From contig JAZROL010000006.1 of assembly GCA_045648665.1 (NCBI GenBank), positions 179-64,178 of the forward strand: DNA of 64,000 nt, read 5' to 3'. A program made the position numbers and the translations under genes. The DNA is from Candidatus Enterousia sp. GTDB lineage: Bacteria; Pseudomonadota; Alphaproteobacteria; Rs-D84. Each line of letters starts with the position of its first letter. The stretch's first letter is position 1. Of the stretch, positions 54,350 through 64,000 are shown in pieces. The notes beneath the pieces were generated by a model. It did no database searches. It worked only from the letters and a program-made list of their open reading frames with translations, and was not told the origin of the DNA.

Positions 54350-54910
54350 TTAAACAGACATGATATCAGTTTCTTTTTGTTTTAATATTGCATCAACTTC
54401 GTTTGCACGATTATCAAAGACCTTTTGCAAATCTTCTTCATATTTGTGTTGATCATCTTCTGAAATTTCTTTGTCTGCAACAGCGCGTTTGATTTTACCC
54501 ATAGCATCCTGGCGGATATTACGCATAGAAATTTTTGCTTCTTCTGCGTATTTTCCGGCAACTTTGGTTAATTCACGACGACGTTCTTCTGTTAATGGTG
54601 GCAAATTCAAGCGGATAACACCACCGGCGGTCATAGGATTTAATCCCAAACCAGAATCACGAATCGCTTTTTCAACCACTGCGGCATTTGTTATATCCCA
54701 CACAGTAACAGACAAGGTCTGGTTATCCGGCGCAGATACTGTCGCAAGTTGATTCAATGGCATGTCGGAACCATATGCAGGAACACGTACCCCATCAAGT
54801 AAATGAATTGAAGCGCGCCCAGTGCGCAGACCAGCATATTCATTTTGCAGAACTTCCAGTGTTTGTGCGGTTTTTTGTTCCGCTTCGGCTTTAAGTAAAG
54901 AATAATCCAT
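54350..54910 (-). CDS. frr: Ribosome recycling factor
   Basis: 186 aa. GLRTGRASIHLLDGVRV...LTEERRRELTK pattern. Confidence 0.93.
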   Translation of the reverse strand: MDYSLLKAEAEQKTAQTLEVLQNEYAGLRTGRASIHLLDGVRVPAYGSDMPLNQLATVSAPDNQTLSVTVWDITNAAVVEKAIRDSGLGLNPMTAGGVIRLNLPPLTEERRRELTKVAGKYAEEAKISMRNIRQDAMGKIKRAVADKEISEDDQHKYEEDLQKVFDNRANEVDAILKQKETDIMSV

Positions 54911-55001
54911 AAAACGACTCCTTAGAATATAAGTTCAAAGAAAGGTTAGCAAAATCATTTGACTTTTTGCAAGAAGAAATATAGAATACTTTTCGCATCG
55001 T

Positions 55002-55077
55002 GGGGTTGTAGCTCAGTTGGTAGAGCACTTGCATGGCATGCAAGGGGTCGTCAGTTCGAGTCTGATCAGCTCCACCA
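55002..55077 (+). tRNA. tRNA-Ala (anticodon GGC)
   Basis: GGGGTTGTAGCTCAGTTGGTAGAGCACTTGCATGGCATGCAAGGGGTCGTCAGTTCGAGTCTGATCAGCTCCACCA. G3:U70 pair. Anticodon loop ATGGCAT. Confidence 0.9.
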
Positions 55078-55099
55078 TTCGTCTTTGTAAGCAAAGTTT

Positions 55100-55177
55100 G
55101 GCGGGTGTAGCTCAGTTGGTTAGAGCGTCGGTTTGTGGTACCGAATGTCGCCAGTTCGAATCTGGTCACCCGCCCCA
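55100..55177 (+). tRNA. tRNA-His (anticodon GUG) with encoded G-1 and CCA
   Basis: G-GCGGGTGTAGCTCAGTTGGTTAGAGCGTCGGTTTGTGGTACCGAATGTCGCCAGTTCGAATCTGGTCACCCGC-C-CCA. Anticodon loop TTGTGGT. Confidence 0.9.
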
Positions 55178-55506
55178 TAAAATTCAAACCCGCAAAAATG
55201 CGGGTTTTAATTTTATCATGACGGGTGCCAGATATCGAACGGGCAGTAGCCAGTTCGACTATGAGTAAGCGAGAACGAGCATAGCGAAGTTCGAGCGCTA
55301 ACGAATGCCGCGCAGTGTCGGCATAGCCGACCGAGCGACCCGCAAAAAGGCGATAGCGAAGCAATCTGGTCATCCGTCTTCGCTGCGCTACGCCGAGACC
55401 TTGCCCGATGCCGATTTTTACCGCAGCGTCAGCAAGGATTAAAAATCGAGCATACAAAGTTCACCCTTGGAAGATTGTGTATCGAGGAAAGGTCACCCGC
55501 CCCATA
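55164..55506 (+). repeat. 16-bp direct repeat GGTCACCCGCCCCATA (tRNA-His 3' end, 55164-55179 and 55491-55506) bounding a GC-rich ~0.3 kb segment
   Basis: Both copies read directly. A partial T-arm copy (gccagttcgact vs gccagttcgaat) lies at about 55250. The segment between is visibly GC-richer than its surroundings. Confidence 0.7.
55186..55216 (+). terminator. Intrinsic terminator after the tRNA pair
   Basis: ACCCGC-aaaaat-GCGGGT tttaatttt. Confidence 0.7.
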
Positions 55507-55509
55507 TTT

Positions 55510-55875
55510 TTACACCGTCAATTTATAGGACATTTCTACCAAATTTTGGATGTTTTTTATTGGTAATGTACCGTCCAGCAATATTGTAATCCAATGATTT
55601 TTATTCATATGATATGCTGGCAAAATACCTGTTACACCATGAAAGAATTCTGTATCGCTTGTTTTTACATTTATAATATCAATATTTCCATCGCCAGACA
55701 GTTTTAAAATACGACGAGGAACAGTGCCGATTAACGCGAACCATTTATTGTTGTCTTTGTGTCTAAATATGCAATATGTTGGATAACGCCTCCACAGATA
55801 TTCTGGGGCGGCGTTATATTTTTTATTTATGAATTTTATGATATCCTGTTTCATTGCATTTGTTCTTCGGCCCAT
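55510..55875 (-). CDS. MmcQ/YjbR-family protein
   Basis: PEYLWRRYPTYCIFRHKDNNKWFALI... is the typical YjbR pattern. Confidence 0.7.
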   Translation of the reverse strand: MGRRTNAMKQDIIKFINKKYNAAPEYLWRRYPTYCIFRHKDNNKWFALIGTVPRRILKLSGDGNIDIINVKTSDTEFFHGVTGILPAYHMNKNHWITILLDGTLPIKNIQNLVEMSYKLTV

Positions 55876-56444
55876 GTTTTTAATTCTTCCGCAGTAACAC
55901 TTGTTGGAAAACGTTTGCCTGTCAGGACTTTTGCGTTTGGTGCCAATGTTTGCAGGTTTGCACCGTAATCACCGATACCACTGCTGCCCGATGTGATAAA
56001 CGGTATAACAGTTTTCCCGGCGAAGTCATAACTTTCAATAAAGGTATCCATAATGGATGGTTCACGCCCCCACCAAATCGGCGAACCAACAAATACTATT
56101 TTATATTTAGAAATATCTTCTATTTTTGATGCTATCGCTGGTCTGGAACTTCTGTCGCTCATTTCAATGGAAGAGCGGCTTTGGTCATTGTGCCAATTCA
56201 AATCTTCGGAAGTATATAATTGTTCCGGTACGATTTCAAACAAATCTGCATTTATTGCCGTCGCTAATTTTTCAGCCACAGATTTTGTGTTTCCTGTGGC
56301 ACTGAAATATGCAACCAACACATCTGTCTTTGTTTTATTTGAATTACCTGTCCTTGTGAAAAACAGAGTTCCAATAATTAAAAATATAGTTAAAATTATT
56401 AATAACAGTTTTTTCATTTTTGACTCCTTTTTATAAACTTTCAC
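55851..56444 (-). CDS. Flavodoxin-like protein with N-terminal signal/anchor
   Basis: VLVAYFSATGNTKSVAEKLA FMN-binding loop. Hydrophobic N-terminus. Confidence 0.75.
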   Translation of the reverse strand: MKVYKKESKMKKLLLIILTIFLIIGTLFFTRTGNSNKTKTDVLVAYFSATGNTKSVAEKLATAINADLFEIVPEQLYTSEDLNWHNDQSRSSIEMSDRSSRPAIASKIEDISKYKIVFVGSPIWWGREPSIMDTFIESYDFAGKTVIPFITSGSSGIGDYGANLQTLAPNAKVLTGKRFPTSVTAEELKTWAEEQMQ

Positions 56445-56943
56445 CTAAAGCTTTCGCCTCGGCTAATTTCGCTGGTGTTTTATTTGTGGAATTATCAGCC
56501 GTTACAATACCTTTGTCGGTCATTCCCATATAACCAATCATATCTTTGTATTGTGCGATTGCACCAGTATAAACATTTGGTGAATAAGATGACAATAACA
56601 ACGCACTATACTTTGCTTTGGCAGGATGATTGATAGCATAGAAACGATGGATAACAGATTCCAACTGGGCAGACATAATGAAGTAATAGATAGGTGATGC
56701 GAACACAATCATATCGGCATCTTGAATTTGTGGGTATATTTCCTGCATATCATCTTTTTGAACACATTGTCCGTTGTTACGTTTGCAGAAATTACATGCC
56801 ATACAACCATTTACTTTTTTATGTGCGACATCTACAATATTGATTTCGTGTCCTTTGGATTCGGCGCCTTCTTTGAAAGCATTTACCAAAGCTACTGTGT
56901 TTCCGTTTGGTGTAGGACTGCCATTTAATACAAGTATTTTCAT
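56431..56943 (-). CDS. Flavodoxin-fold NADPH-dependent FMN reductase / iron-sulfur flavoprotein-like
   Basis: MKILVLNGSPTPNGNT..., Cys motif CMACNFC...C. Confidence 0.7.
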   Translation of the reverse strand: MKILVLNGSPTPNGNTVALVNAFKEGAESKGHEINIVDVAHKKVNGCMACNFCKRNNGQCVQKDDMQEIYPQIQDADMIVFASPIYYFIMSAQLESVIHRFYAINHPAKAKYSALLLSSYSPNVYTGAIAQYKDMIGYMGMTDKGIVTADNSTNKTPAKLAEAKALGESL

Positions 56944-57083
56944 CTTTGACTCCTTTCATTTTGCAACATACAGGATATACAAAATTTTTGCAAGTGAATA
57001 ACTTTGTTATTCTTTTTCCCTCTTGCAATATTTTTACAGTATGACTATAATTGCATTGATAAAAAGAAAGGAGGAAAAATAAA

Positions 57084-57830
57084 ATGAAAATAGCTGAAAA
57101 GTTTAAAAATTTACCAACTGTTTGGGTTGTGATTTTGGCGTTTGGATTCGCATTGGGTGGATTTTTTATTGGTAACGGTGTTTATAAATCGATTGCTTCT
57201 CGAACCGTCACTGTAAAGGGGTTGGCGGAATTAGATGTTGTTGCGGATACCGCTGTTTGGTCTGTGAAATTTAATCGTGTCGGTGCTGATTTGGCCAAGG
57301 TGCAATCTAATATAGATGATGATATCAAAAAAGCCCGTCAATTTTTAATAGATAATGGTTTCAAAGACAATGAAATTCAAAACCTTCGTATCCAGGTGCG
57401 CGATAAATTCGCAGGCTATTCGGATATTGAACGTAAAAACCAAGAAACCGCGGACAGATATGTAATTGAAACCGGTGTTATGGTGCGTTCTACGTCTGTC
57501 GATTTGGTTGATTCTGTATCCCGCAAAATGGGCGATTTAGTAAAACAAGGTGTCACTGTTACCGAAGATTATACGGGCCCAATTTATATATTTAATGGCC
57601 TGAACGATATCAAAATCAAGATGATAGAAGATGCGACCAAAAACGCACGTGCCGCAGGGGAACAATTTGCCAAAGATGCCGGTGCAAAATTGGGAAAAAT
57701 ACAATCTGCGAATCAGGGGGTTTTCAGTATAACCGCGCGTGATCAAGTTGATGCTTGGTCTGATAATGAAAAACAGTCGATTAACAAACGTGTTCGTGTC
57801 GTTTCAACAATAACTTTTTATTTGAAATAG
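57084..57830 (+). CDS. SIMPL-domain (DUF541) periplasmic protein
   Basis: N-terminal anchor, then TVTVKGLAELDVVADTAVWSVKF... typical of SIMPL/26-kDa periplasmic immunogenic protein. Confidence 0.7.
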   Translation: MKIAEKFKNLPTVWVVILAFGFALGGFFIGNGVYKSIASRTVTVKGLAELDVVADTAVWSVKFNRVGADLAKVQSNIDDDIKKARQFLIDNGFKDNEIQNLRIQVRDKFAGYSDIERKNQETADRYVIETGVMVRSTSVDLVDSVSRKMGDLVKQGVTVTEDYTGPIYIFNGLNDIKIKMIEDATKNARAAGEQFAKDAGAKLGKIQSANQGVFSITARDQVDAWSDNEKQSINKRVRVVSTITFYLK

Positions 57831-57850
57831 TGCTTTATAGTTCCAAGGTT

Positions 57851-58582
57851 TTATTGTTCTTGGGGTTGGGTTGTGCGGAGGCGCCACCCACTGAATATAT
57901 ACCCTGGTTTTGTTGGGTTGGTGTCTGGTAAAGTAATCTTTTGACCATATATACATTTTTGTGCGTCGGGTTGCACTGTTAAAGGTATTGTTGCGTTTTC
58001 ATCTAAATACCATTGTAAATTTATCACTTTATAACATTGGTCAATTGACGTAGAAGCGGCCGGTGAATACGGCGTATCACTTGGACACGGGTTTAATCCC
58101 TGAGGGGTTGTTTCGTTAAATGTAAGTTGTCCACCATGGCAATAATAGTTTTCCAAACACTGTCTGCATTCATCAACCCCGGCGGGTAAATAATATCCCG
58201 GATTACAATTATGAACATTTGGAATAAAAGTTGCCGTAATATTTGCAACATTGTTGAGTGCTCGCAGAAAATCAGTTTTACAACCATTTCTTATATTTTC
58301 CGTGACTTGCACTTTGAATTTATTACCTTGGTCATATTCTTCATTAAAAGTGAAAGTTCCACCATTACAATCATAAACATCAGGACACATAACACAACCA
58401 TCATTATTTGCCGGGACATAATAGCCAGAACCACATTGATATTGATTTGGTGTAAAAGTGGCTAATAAAATTGTATCTGTATTTAAACTGCTCGAACAAC
58501 CATTTGTAATATTTGACATAATCAAATCGTCCGCAAAAGCAGATACCGGTATTATTAAAAATAATAACCATTTATATTTCAT
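57851..58582 (-). CDS. Cassette 3 gene B: secreted protein with two Cys-rich modules and C-terminal Flg_new repeat
   Basis: Signal peptide. CGSGYYVPANNDGCVMCPDVYDCNGGTFTF and CNPGYYLPAGVDECRQCLENYYCHGGQLTF. INLQWY...TKPGYIFSGWRLRT. Confidence 0.75.
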   Translation of the reverse strand: MKYKWLLFLIIPVSAFADDLIMSNITNGCSSSLNTDTILLATFTPNQYQCGSGYYVPANNDGCVMCPDVYDCNGGTFTFNEEYDQGNKFKVQVTENIRNGCKTDFLRALNNVANITATFIPNVHNCNPGYYLPAGVDECRQCLENYYCHGGQLTFNETTPQGLNPCPSDTPYSPAASTSIDQCYKVINLQWYLDENATIPLTVQPDAQKCIYGQKITLPDTNPTKPGYIFSGWRLRTTQPQEQ

Positions 58583-59364
58583 TGTAATGCTGGACCTGCT
58601 ATAAATTGCCCTGTGCCTTGGTTATAGAAAAATTGACCTGTCACTCTGTCAAACATACAGGGTGTGCCCGCACCATCAAGGACAGGGATAAGATCACGAA
58701 CAAGTGAGTCATTGTTGTATACCTTAAGGAAATAAAATCTCATTGGAGAAGCTCTTTGTACAACAGCCCCAGCATTGTTAAGAGTACATAACAAAAGCGG
58801 TAAAGAGGTTGTTCCATTACTTGTAAATGTATGTGATCCAACAATAAAAGATTCTTCATATAAGATTGTTTCTTTGTTTTCAATTTTAACTCGGTATTTT
58901 TTATTTTGTTTTATTGTTATATTTGTAAGCCAACGGTCGTTTATAGCCGCACCAAAAAAATCTACAGTTATTGTTTTATTGGAGTTATATCCAATATTGA
59001 ATCCTGCTCCGCCAGAAGAAGTGTTTCGTGAACCTAATAAACTTGTTCCGTCATTAATAATATCTGTCACTACGAAACTAATATCATAGTGCATATTATT
59101 TGTCACTATTAACCCAGTATCAATCCACTGTGTTCCTGTGCTTTCAAGATATTCAATCGGTGTGTATAATTGTTTTATTTGCCACCCAGTAAATGTATAA
59201 CCATATTTTGTTGGCGGGGTGGCGGGCAGAATTAAATCACTATCAATCACACATGTTGAATTTTCGTATACAGTCCCATCTTCATTTAACCAGTGCAGAT
59301 TTATTGTGTCTGCAAATACCACATTACAGAACAGTAATGATAATAATATTAAAAACCGTTTCAT
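58579..59364 (-). CDS. Cassette 3 gene A: secreted protein with N-terminal Flg_new repeat and YTPIEYLESTGTQWIDT-type domain
   Basis: Start set at MKRFLILLSLLFCNVVFA. TINLHWLNEDG...KYGYTFTGW. ATGA overlap with gene B. Confidence 0.75.
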   Translation of the reverse strand: MKRFLILLSLLFCNVVFADTINLHWLNEDGTVYENSTCVIDSDLILPATPPTKYGYTFTGWQIKQLYTPIEYLESTGTQWIDTGLIVTNNMHYDISFVVTDIINDGTSLLGSRNTSSGGAGFNIGYNSNKTITVDFFGAAINDRWLTNITIKQNKKYRVKIENKETILYEESFIVGSHTFTSNGTTSLPLLLCTLNNAGAVVQRASPMRFYFLKVYNNDSLVRDLIPVLDGAGTPCMFDRVTGQFFYNQGTGQFIAGPALQ

Positions 59365-59720
59365 CCCTTTTTCCTTTTTTTTCTTGGTTCTGTTTCCAGA
59401 ATGCAGAGTTCTCCTCTGGCTAGAGGAGTACGGTCGAAGACCGGGAGGTGTCGCTATAACATAATTTATTCTTGGGCGACACCCCGTCCACTTCGTGTCC
59501 ACCCCTCTAGCCAGAGGGGAACTAAAAAACACCGCCAAAGAAATCAGGCGGTCGGGGAGTTCAAAAATCATTAGTTCAGTGATTCCGCGGTCTTTATATA
59601 TACGCCAACGGCTCCCCAACCTTGTTGTGTCAGGGATAACAACGGTGCAAAAAAACACCGAAAATATCAAATAACGATGCGTTTTGCACCGGAACTAACG
59701 GGCTTTTGATAACCCCGAAC
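59365..59720 (-). promoter_or_regulatory. Structured 5' leader L3 of cassette 3 (diverged homolog of L1/L2)
   Basis: GGTTGGGGAG/CTCCCCGACC long-range pair (59612-21 / 59550-59). ACCGCC-N10-GGCGGT + UGUUUUUU terminator-like hairpin (59524-59552). Nested inverted repeats at 59411-59519. Confidence 0.5.
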
Positions 59721-59787
59721 CCAATTCCCATTGGATTCTATTTAATTCTAGCAAAAACATATTTTTAAATAAAGTGTTTTTTATTAA

Positions 59788-61809
<2,022 letters not shown>

Positions 61810-61829
61810 ATTAAACGAAGGAATCGGGC

Positions 61830-63614
61830 GTGCAAAAGAAAAACAATCGGGCAAGAAATTCAAGAAACAAAGGAAAAAATTCCAATGACACAATACATTC
61901 TTGGAAATGGTATTTGATGTCTGTGATTTTCAATTTTTTATTGGTCGGTGTTGCTGCGGTTGGTTTGTATGTTTTGTTTGTGTTTTTACAAATGCCTTCT
62001 TTGGATTCTATTTTGCATGAAACACGTGAACCCGCTGTGATATTCCTTGACAAAGATGGAAATGAAATTCGTTCTATGGGGCGCATAATGGGTGATGCAG
62101 TATCTGTTGAAAAATTGCCGCCACATGTTTGGCAATCTATTGTTGCAATAGAAGATAAACGTTTTTATAAACATGGGGCGATTTCTTATCGTGGAACTTT
62201 GCGCGCGGTGTTTGTGAATCTGTTTCATGGAAAATTTGCTGCAGGTGGGTCAACTATAACACAACAAACGGCCAAAAATATCTTTTTGTCGCGCGATAAA
62301 AAAGTATCGCGTAAAATCCAAGAATTAATATTGTCTTATTGGTTGGAAAACAGATTCGATAAAAACCAAATTTTGGATTTATATTTGAACAGGGTGTCTT
62401 TGGTTGGTGGGTTGCGTGGAATTGATGCCGCGGCAAACGCTTTGTTTGGGCATGGTGCGAAAGATTTAACCGTTGCAGAATCTGCACAGATTGCCGCAAT
62501 GTTAAAAGCACCAACTTTGTACAGTCCTGCTAAAAATCCAGAGCGCAATATTAAACGTGCGCGGGTTATTTTAATGGAAATGGTCAATCAAGGATATATA
62601 TCGCTTGAAACGGCACAACATGCAGCCAAAGAATTAAAAGCAACTGGTATGAAAAACGACAAAAATCTTTACAGATATTGGACTGATTTTGTTATGGACG
62701 AAGTGGAATCGAGAATTGGAGATATAAATCAAGATTTGTATGTGTATACAACTATGGATACTAAATTACAAGAACAAGTTGCCGCGTCTTTATCCTCGAA
62801 TATAGGTGAATATCAGGGCGCAATTGTTGCGATTTCGCGCGATGGTGCAATACAATCAATGGTTGGTGGTGATGATTATCAGGTCAGCCAATTTAATCGT
62901 GTCTTGGCACCGCGTCAACCGGGTTCAGCATTTAAACCTGTTGTGTATTTAGTTGCGTTGGAAAATGGCATGACGCCGGAATCTTATGTTAATGATTCTC
63001 CGTTTTCTATTGGTGATTACAACCCAAAGAATTATAACGAACAATATTACGGTGGAATAAACCTGGCAACTGCCTTTGCAAAAAGCGTGAATTCTGTCCC
63101 ACTGAAATTAACAAAAGAATATGGCATAGATACTGTGTTGAATATGGCGGCGCGTCTGGGCGTAGGCAGCAAATTAAAACGTGAATATTCGACTGTTTTG
63201 GGTGCCTCTGAAATGACTTTGTTGGATTTGACGACAATATATTCGGTTATTTGGAACGATGGAAAATCGGTGCATCCTTATTCAATCACAAAAATCAAGG
63301 ACAGAGCAGGGCATATTCTTTATGAACGTAATCCATCGGACGAAATAACCGTGTTGCAGCCACAAACTGTGGAATATATGAAAGAGTTATTATATGAAGT
63401 TGTTACAAAAGGAACCGGAAAACGTGCGTATACACCAAATGTGTTCGGTGGAAAGACAGGAACCAGTAATGATAACAGAGATGCTTGGTTCGTTGGAACA
63501 ACCGCTGATTTTGTTATGGGTGTATGGGTTGGTCGCGACGATAACAAGCCTATGTCATCTAAAATCACAGGTGGCACATTGCCCGCAACAATTTTTCATG
63601 ATATTGTGAAATAA
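61830..63614 (+). CDS. mrcA: Class A penicillin-binding protein (PBP1A-type transglycosylase/transpeptidase)
   Basis: GT51 motifs EDKRFYKHGAIS, GGSTITQQ, RKIQE. Transpeptidase SAFKP, SVN, KTGT. Confidence 0.88.
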   Translation: MQKKNNRARNSRNKGKNSNDTIHSWKWYLMSVIFNFLLVGVAAVGLYVLFVFLQMPSLDSILHETREPAVIFLDKDGNEIRSMGRIMGDAVSVEKLPPHVWQSIVAIEDKRFYKHGAISYRGTLRAVFVNLFHGKFAAGGSTITQQTAKNIFLSRDKKVSRKIQELILSYWLENRFDKNQILDLYLNRVSLVGGLRGIDAAANALFGHGAKDLTVAESAQIAAMLKAPTLYSPAKNPERNIKRARVILMEMVNQGYISLETAQHAAKELKATGMKNDKNLYRYWTDFVMDEVESRIGDINQDLYVYTTMDTKLQEQVAASLSSNIGEYQGAIVAISRDGAIQSMVGGDDYQVSQFNRVLAPRQPGSAFKPVVYLVALENGMTPESYVNDSPFSIGDYNPKNYNEQYYGGINLATAFAKSVNSVPLKLTKEYGIDTVLNMAARLGVGSKLKREYSTVLGASEMTLLDLTTIYSVIWNDGKSVHPYSITKIKDRAGHILYERNPSDEITVLQPQTVEYMKELLYEVVTKGTGKRAYTPNVFGGKTGTSNDNRDAWFVGTTADFVMGVWVGRDDNKPMSSKITGGTLPATIFHDIVK

Positions 63615-63683
63615 AAAACAAAATTTATTTGATTTGCTTTTTGTTTCGAGGGGTGGTATGCTTGTCCCTGCAAGAGAATTTAA

Positions 63684-64000
63684 ATGTCGGTTAAAACGAA
63701 ACGTTTTTTTAAGAAATTAATCAGTTACGCGGGGCTTTTTTTCTTTTGTCTTGCGGCGGGCATGCTTTATTGGCAATTGCGTAATTATTCTTTGATGGAT
63801 ATAGCGCGTGCTTTGTGGAATATACCTTTTTCCAATTTAGTGTTGGCATGTGTTGCATGTTTTTGTGGGTATTTGGCATTGTCTTTTTATGATTATTTGG
63901 CGTTGGATTACGTGGGGCGCAAAGTATCCTGGTGGAAATGGATGTTGGCGGGAATGTTGGGTTTTGCCATATCTAATAATGCTGGGCATGCGGTCGTATC
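63684..64000 (+). CDS. Partial polytopic membrane protein (N-terminus), LPG-synthase-TM/UPF0104-like; runs off the window
   Basis: My own translation from ATG 63684: MSVKTKRFFKKLISYAGLFFFCLAAGMLYWQLRNYSL...; open to the window end. Family guess is weak. Confidence 0.4.
   Translation, partial: MSVKTKRFFKKLISYAGLFFFCLAAGMLYWQLRNYSLMDIARALWNIPFSNLVLACVACFCGYLALSFYDYLALDYVGRKVSWWKWMLAGMLGFAISNNAGHAVV

Noticed and set aside
54891-55457. 188-aa minus-strand ORF
   Set aside because: It runs antisense through tRNA-Ala, tRNA-His and their terminator, so it is spurious.
55180-55490. GC-rich segment considered as tmRNA, a group I intron or a second tRNA
   Set aside because: There is no tRNA-Ala-like acceptor with a tag ORF ending in ...AA-stop. 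No complete cloverleaf is present. The insertion point would be the T-arm rather than the anticodon loop typical of bacterial tRNA introns. It is kept only as an att-scar or unknown-RNA finding.

Overview
This is an AT-rich chromosomal window from a Gram-negative bacterium. Gene content and local synteny (lptE-holA, DUF4164-like/zapA, lpxI, frr-uppS-cdsA-rseP-bamA, ligA, mrcA) suggest an alphaproteobacterium-like lineage. All homology calls come from motifs I read in the ORF translations and from remembered family signatures; no search was run.

Layout:
(1) 1-14.8 kb is an accessory island ending at the 3' end of tRNA-Glu. Its mobility core holds an AlpA-like HTH, an HUH-Rep-like protein and a large serine recombinase whose ORF runs into the tRNA. 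Its cargo is a class II Fic, an ABC exporter, two GNATs, two HExxH proteins and an SF2 helicase with a triple C-terminal repeat.
(2) 15-33.6 kb is housekeeping (lptE, holA, map, radC, zapA, gap, miaA, priA, lpxI, birA). It is interrupted by two divergent copies of a two-gene secreted-protein cassette, each behind a long conserved structured 5' leader. A third, diverged copy lies at 57.9-59.7 kb.
(3) 33.6-46.5 kb is a compact T7/BPP-1-like podovirus lysis-head-tail cluster with no integrase, polymerase or recognisable small terminase. It is preceded by a consensus promoter plus tandem terminators. Its large terminase gene is cut at the ATPase/nuclease boundary by a 3.3 kb antisense module (dnaB, a double-HTH regulator, an unknown), with no intergenic DNA at either junction.
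(4) 46.5-64 kb holds yraN, an uncharacterised envelope operon downstream of bamA, rseP-cdsA-uppS-frr, tRNA-Ala/tRNA-His with a duplicated tRNA-His 3' end bounding a GC-rich 0.3 kb insert, small redox genes, ligA, mrcA and a partial membrane protein.

The best candidates for something new are the domesticated/GTA-like podovirus cluster with its two-piece terminase, and the conserved leader RNA of the secreted-protein cassettes. No rRNA, CRISPR array or IS element was seen.
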